Made by a program: the position numbers and the translations under genes. Shown piece by piece: positions 60,739-64,000 of a DNA stretch of 64,000 bases; the first letter of the stretch is position 1, and each line of letters begins with the position of its first letter. The stretch lies in NCBI GenBank assembly GCA_965153455.1, contig OZ234493.1, positions 20,388,213 to 20,452,212 of the forward strand, given 5' to 3'. The notes below the pieces were generated by a model. It was given only the letters and a program-made list of their open reading frames with translations. It was not told where the DNA came from and made no database searches. The stretch comes from Sphagnum compactum (Eukaryota).

Positions 60739-63049
60739 ATGTTCCATGTTTGGTTGCCTTTGGAAGGTGAAGGAAAAGCACCCTTTACACCTCCTTCCAT
60801 TTTCTACCCCATAAGATTTTATCTAAACTTTTCTTCCATTGATTTTAAGGTTTTGTTTTATCATGGTTCTAGACCATTATTTTACGTCTTTCTTTCCTTT
60901 TCCTTGACCTATAAATTACAATCATGCATTTTGAGGTAGCAAATCTTCCACACACTCATTGCCAAATTGATTTTGATCAAAGATTTTTTCCTTTCCTTGA
61001 ATTCATGGCATCGTACATGACTATGTCTTACAAGCTTCAAGGCGCACAAATGAACAAAAAATTACCCCGAGAGTCGTCTCTAGGTTTGACACTGGCCCGT
61101 CACCCTCATGATGAAAATCCCAAACTACGAAAGGTGCGCCTTCATTTAGAAGTCGAAGCCCCTCGAGCTTAGTATTATCAAATTTCTTTGAATTCTCATA
61201 CCTTGATGACTTTGTTGCAAATCAACCCCACTTCTGGTGATGAACCTAAAATTGTATACGAAGTTTTGCATGAAACTAAAAACATTTCGATTTTTGCATG
61301 GTCTTCAATTCTTGACATTGGACACTATTGTTGGTTGCACAGTCTGATTTATCAACTACCTCCTAACAACAAAACAAATTACTTAATTCACACCATCCAA
61401 CGCATCCTAGATTTCTTGTAATTATGAACTACCACTGTGACATAACCTAGGACTCACCATGTACTCGTAGCTTTTCCTTGAGCTTTTCCATAACCTGAAT
61501 AAAAACTTTGTTTATCGTGAAATCCATGTTACAATTGCCAACTTATCACCCTATTCATTTTAATTGTTATGTTGTTTCAAATTAATCCTACATGTTTATA
61601 ATGCTTGAAGCTTACTTTATTTCCATTGGACCCTTCATTGACACCCTTTAACTGTTTCGAGAATCTCAAATCACCCTTGCTTACGCGACTATCCACTAAA
61701 TACCAAAACAAAATCAACATTGTGCTGAACATTACAAATTTTGTTGTTTGTTTCTAACCCCAACCCTCTATAGACTTCTCACCCCCAATCATGCAATTGA
61801 AGTTCTAAAACTATAATTACCAACTTTTATTGAAAAAAAAATCGAGTTTCGAAACAAAAATAACCCCCCATGCAACCATGCGCACCCATCATCCTTCATT
61901 CTGACATGAAATCTCTAAAAACCCTTAATAGCCTTGTCACACCCCAATATCCCTAATGCACATGGCTATGTCGATAAGGCTCACACCGATCTAAGGAACT
62001 CATTGTTTTATTTTGGTGCAACACAAAATATAAAGGAATCCAAAATGAAAAAATGAAAAGACATTCCAAGGGGCACATTAATTCTTTGTATTGTAGTTGT
62101 AAAACAAGAAGTGGCAACTATTACCTAGATTTAACAACATGTGACTTAACATGTTGATAATGTAAACAGGTTGTTAAACCTAACAGGTGTCTTAACCTAT
62201 TATTTAACCTAACCTGTAATATTGACCTAACCAATTACTAAACTTGGCAGGCAATGTTACTAGGTTAAGAAGATAAGTTGACAGGTTAGTCAACAAGCGA
62301 TCTGCAGAACTTGTACTTGGCAAAACTAGTAAGTGAATAGGTAGTTAAACAAGGTGTAACTTTTAAAATTTTGGACTTTTAGTTTAGATATTGGCTAATG
62401 ACTGTTCATAATGGTCAATATGATTGTTATAATTTGAAATAACTAGTATAAGACTAAAAGACAAACCTGTTGAAGAGCTTTTGGATTTCATTTTTATCAT
62501 GTGTTTCAATTTTCATTTATGGAACATGAATCATTTTTCTTTTAGCCAACTTCCTTCAAGTTTTGAGTAATTTGTGTACATGTTAATTTAGGATTTGAAA
62601 TTAGTTTAAGTTTTATTAGTGTTTTGCATGTACTTGTTGTTTTAGGAACCTGTTGCTGAAAAATTCAAAAGTAGAATAACTTTAATGGGCATAGAAAGAC
62701 TCGTTAACATTTGGCAACCATGCAGTGGATTAAAATTCAAAAACAATCATGCTTAGAATTTCTAGTTTAATTCAATTGTTTTAGTAGGTCAAGTTTGGAA
62801 AGCAATCATGCTTGGAATTCTAATTTGTTATATGTTTACTTGTTTTGTGTAAATTTTAGAATTGAAGTTTTTATTCTTGATTTTGTTTTAAAACATTAAG
62901 AATAGGGTGAGGTTAATGTAAAGTTTTTGAAGTAAGATAAACACCCAATCTGTAAAAGAATTTTTATATAAGTTCTTGATTGCTAGGAGGGGTCGTTCTG
63001 AAAAAATTCATGTTCAAAAATAATGCAAGGGCTATCCTAGAACCTGTTG

Positions 63050-64000
63050 ATTTTAGAAAATGTCAAGAGTAGTTACTAGAAGTTTTAGAAAATAGTTAAA
63101 ATAGGTCAGACATCAACCTATTTAAGAAGATGCACAAAAACAAGATGAACAACAAGTGCAACCTATGGGAGATGAACATGTGAATGCACCAAACATGGAT
63201 GCAACATAGAGGGTGAAAATCAATGAACAACATCAAAATGTAGCAAAACCAGTTGTGCAGAGAGGCCCGACAACACTTTTAACCACTCATCAAGAAACAC
63301 CATGAACGACAACCCAACCACGGGTAGTGAATGTTTATCATGATGACAATCATGAACCTATTTAGTCGTTTGATGAAGTTGTCTCTGCACAGCAACCATG
63401 GTGATCTACAACCCCAGTTTACAATTTACCCAGAACTGATGCATCTACACCAATTACAACATCTATTAGTTTTCAAAACCAACCACTACACACCAACATC
63501 AATTTGGTCCCAACTAATTCGGAGATGAAACGACTTCACCTATTCAACAAGTTGGAGCAACTTTGTCACGTCAACCAAGGATTGTCTAATTAATCAGTTT
63601 TTATACCATATTAAAAACCTATTGAACCTAGAGCAACACCCACAGTCATTCGACAGGGAGTCACTGATCCATAAAACACTTGGCATGTTAGACTAGTACC
63701 TAGTCCAAGAAGAATATCGCAAGTCCCACATCATAGACCGATTTCAGGAGGAAACCAAGGTGCCAGAACTATAACATATACATATTGTCATTGAATGGGA
63801 CACTTCTTCAATTGATATCCATTTGTTGATGATAGATTAAACCATTTATTACAAGAGGAGGTGATGAATGTTCATCAACTTATCCCTCCAACCACTACAA
63901 CAATAGTACCCAATGTCTGTATTAGGAACTCAAGCCATGAATCCTAGTATCGGTCATACAATAGTACTTATTAACTATCAGACAACCTAGTCACAACCTA
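63050..64000 (+). pseudogene. Decayed gag-like retroelement relic (runs off the window)
   Basis: Frame GGNQGARTITYTYCH*MGHFFN*YPFVDDRLNHLLQEE resembles the CCHC + PFVDD motif at 43970-44212. Confidence 0.45.

Noticed and set aside
60900..61750. Possible decayed transposase on the minus strand
   Set aside because: No diagnostic motif or termini could be identified.
62090..62730. Possible LTR and PBS (TTGGCAACCATGCAGTGG) upstream of the gag relic
   Set aside because: No second LTR in the window and too degenerate to support.

Overview
Eukaryotic plant nuclear DNA. A bryophyte, probably a Sphagnum-like moss, is inferred from gene structure, AT-rich spacers and TE content; this was not verified. 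Two intact multi-exon genes converge tail-to-tail: an FBL15/SLOMO-like F-box/LRR gene (+, 22759-33252, 17 exons, ~1283 aa) and a TGA-type bZIP-DOG1 gene (-, 39941-36524, ~335 aa, with one GC-AG intron). The rest is TE-rich. It holds two full-length pogo-superfamily transposons with TIRs and TA duplications (11711-13504; Lemi1-like 54557-56609), a full-length chromoviral Ty3/Gypsy element (44715-50780), a 370-bp G-quadruplex-rich non-autonomous Helitron inserted into a decayed DDE transposase, MITEs and retroelement relics. The most informative signals are RNA-level devices in the chromovirus: a tRNA-independent self-priming PBS, a -1 frameshift site with a pseudoknot, and a 155-bp tandem array in its 5' UTR. 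There is also an 80-nt near-perfect intergenic hairpin between the two genes. I found no demonstrably new biological system; the mechanisms seen have precedents, though these instances may be unannotated.
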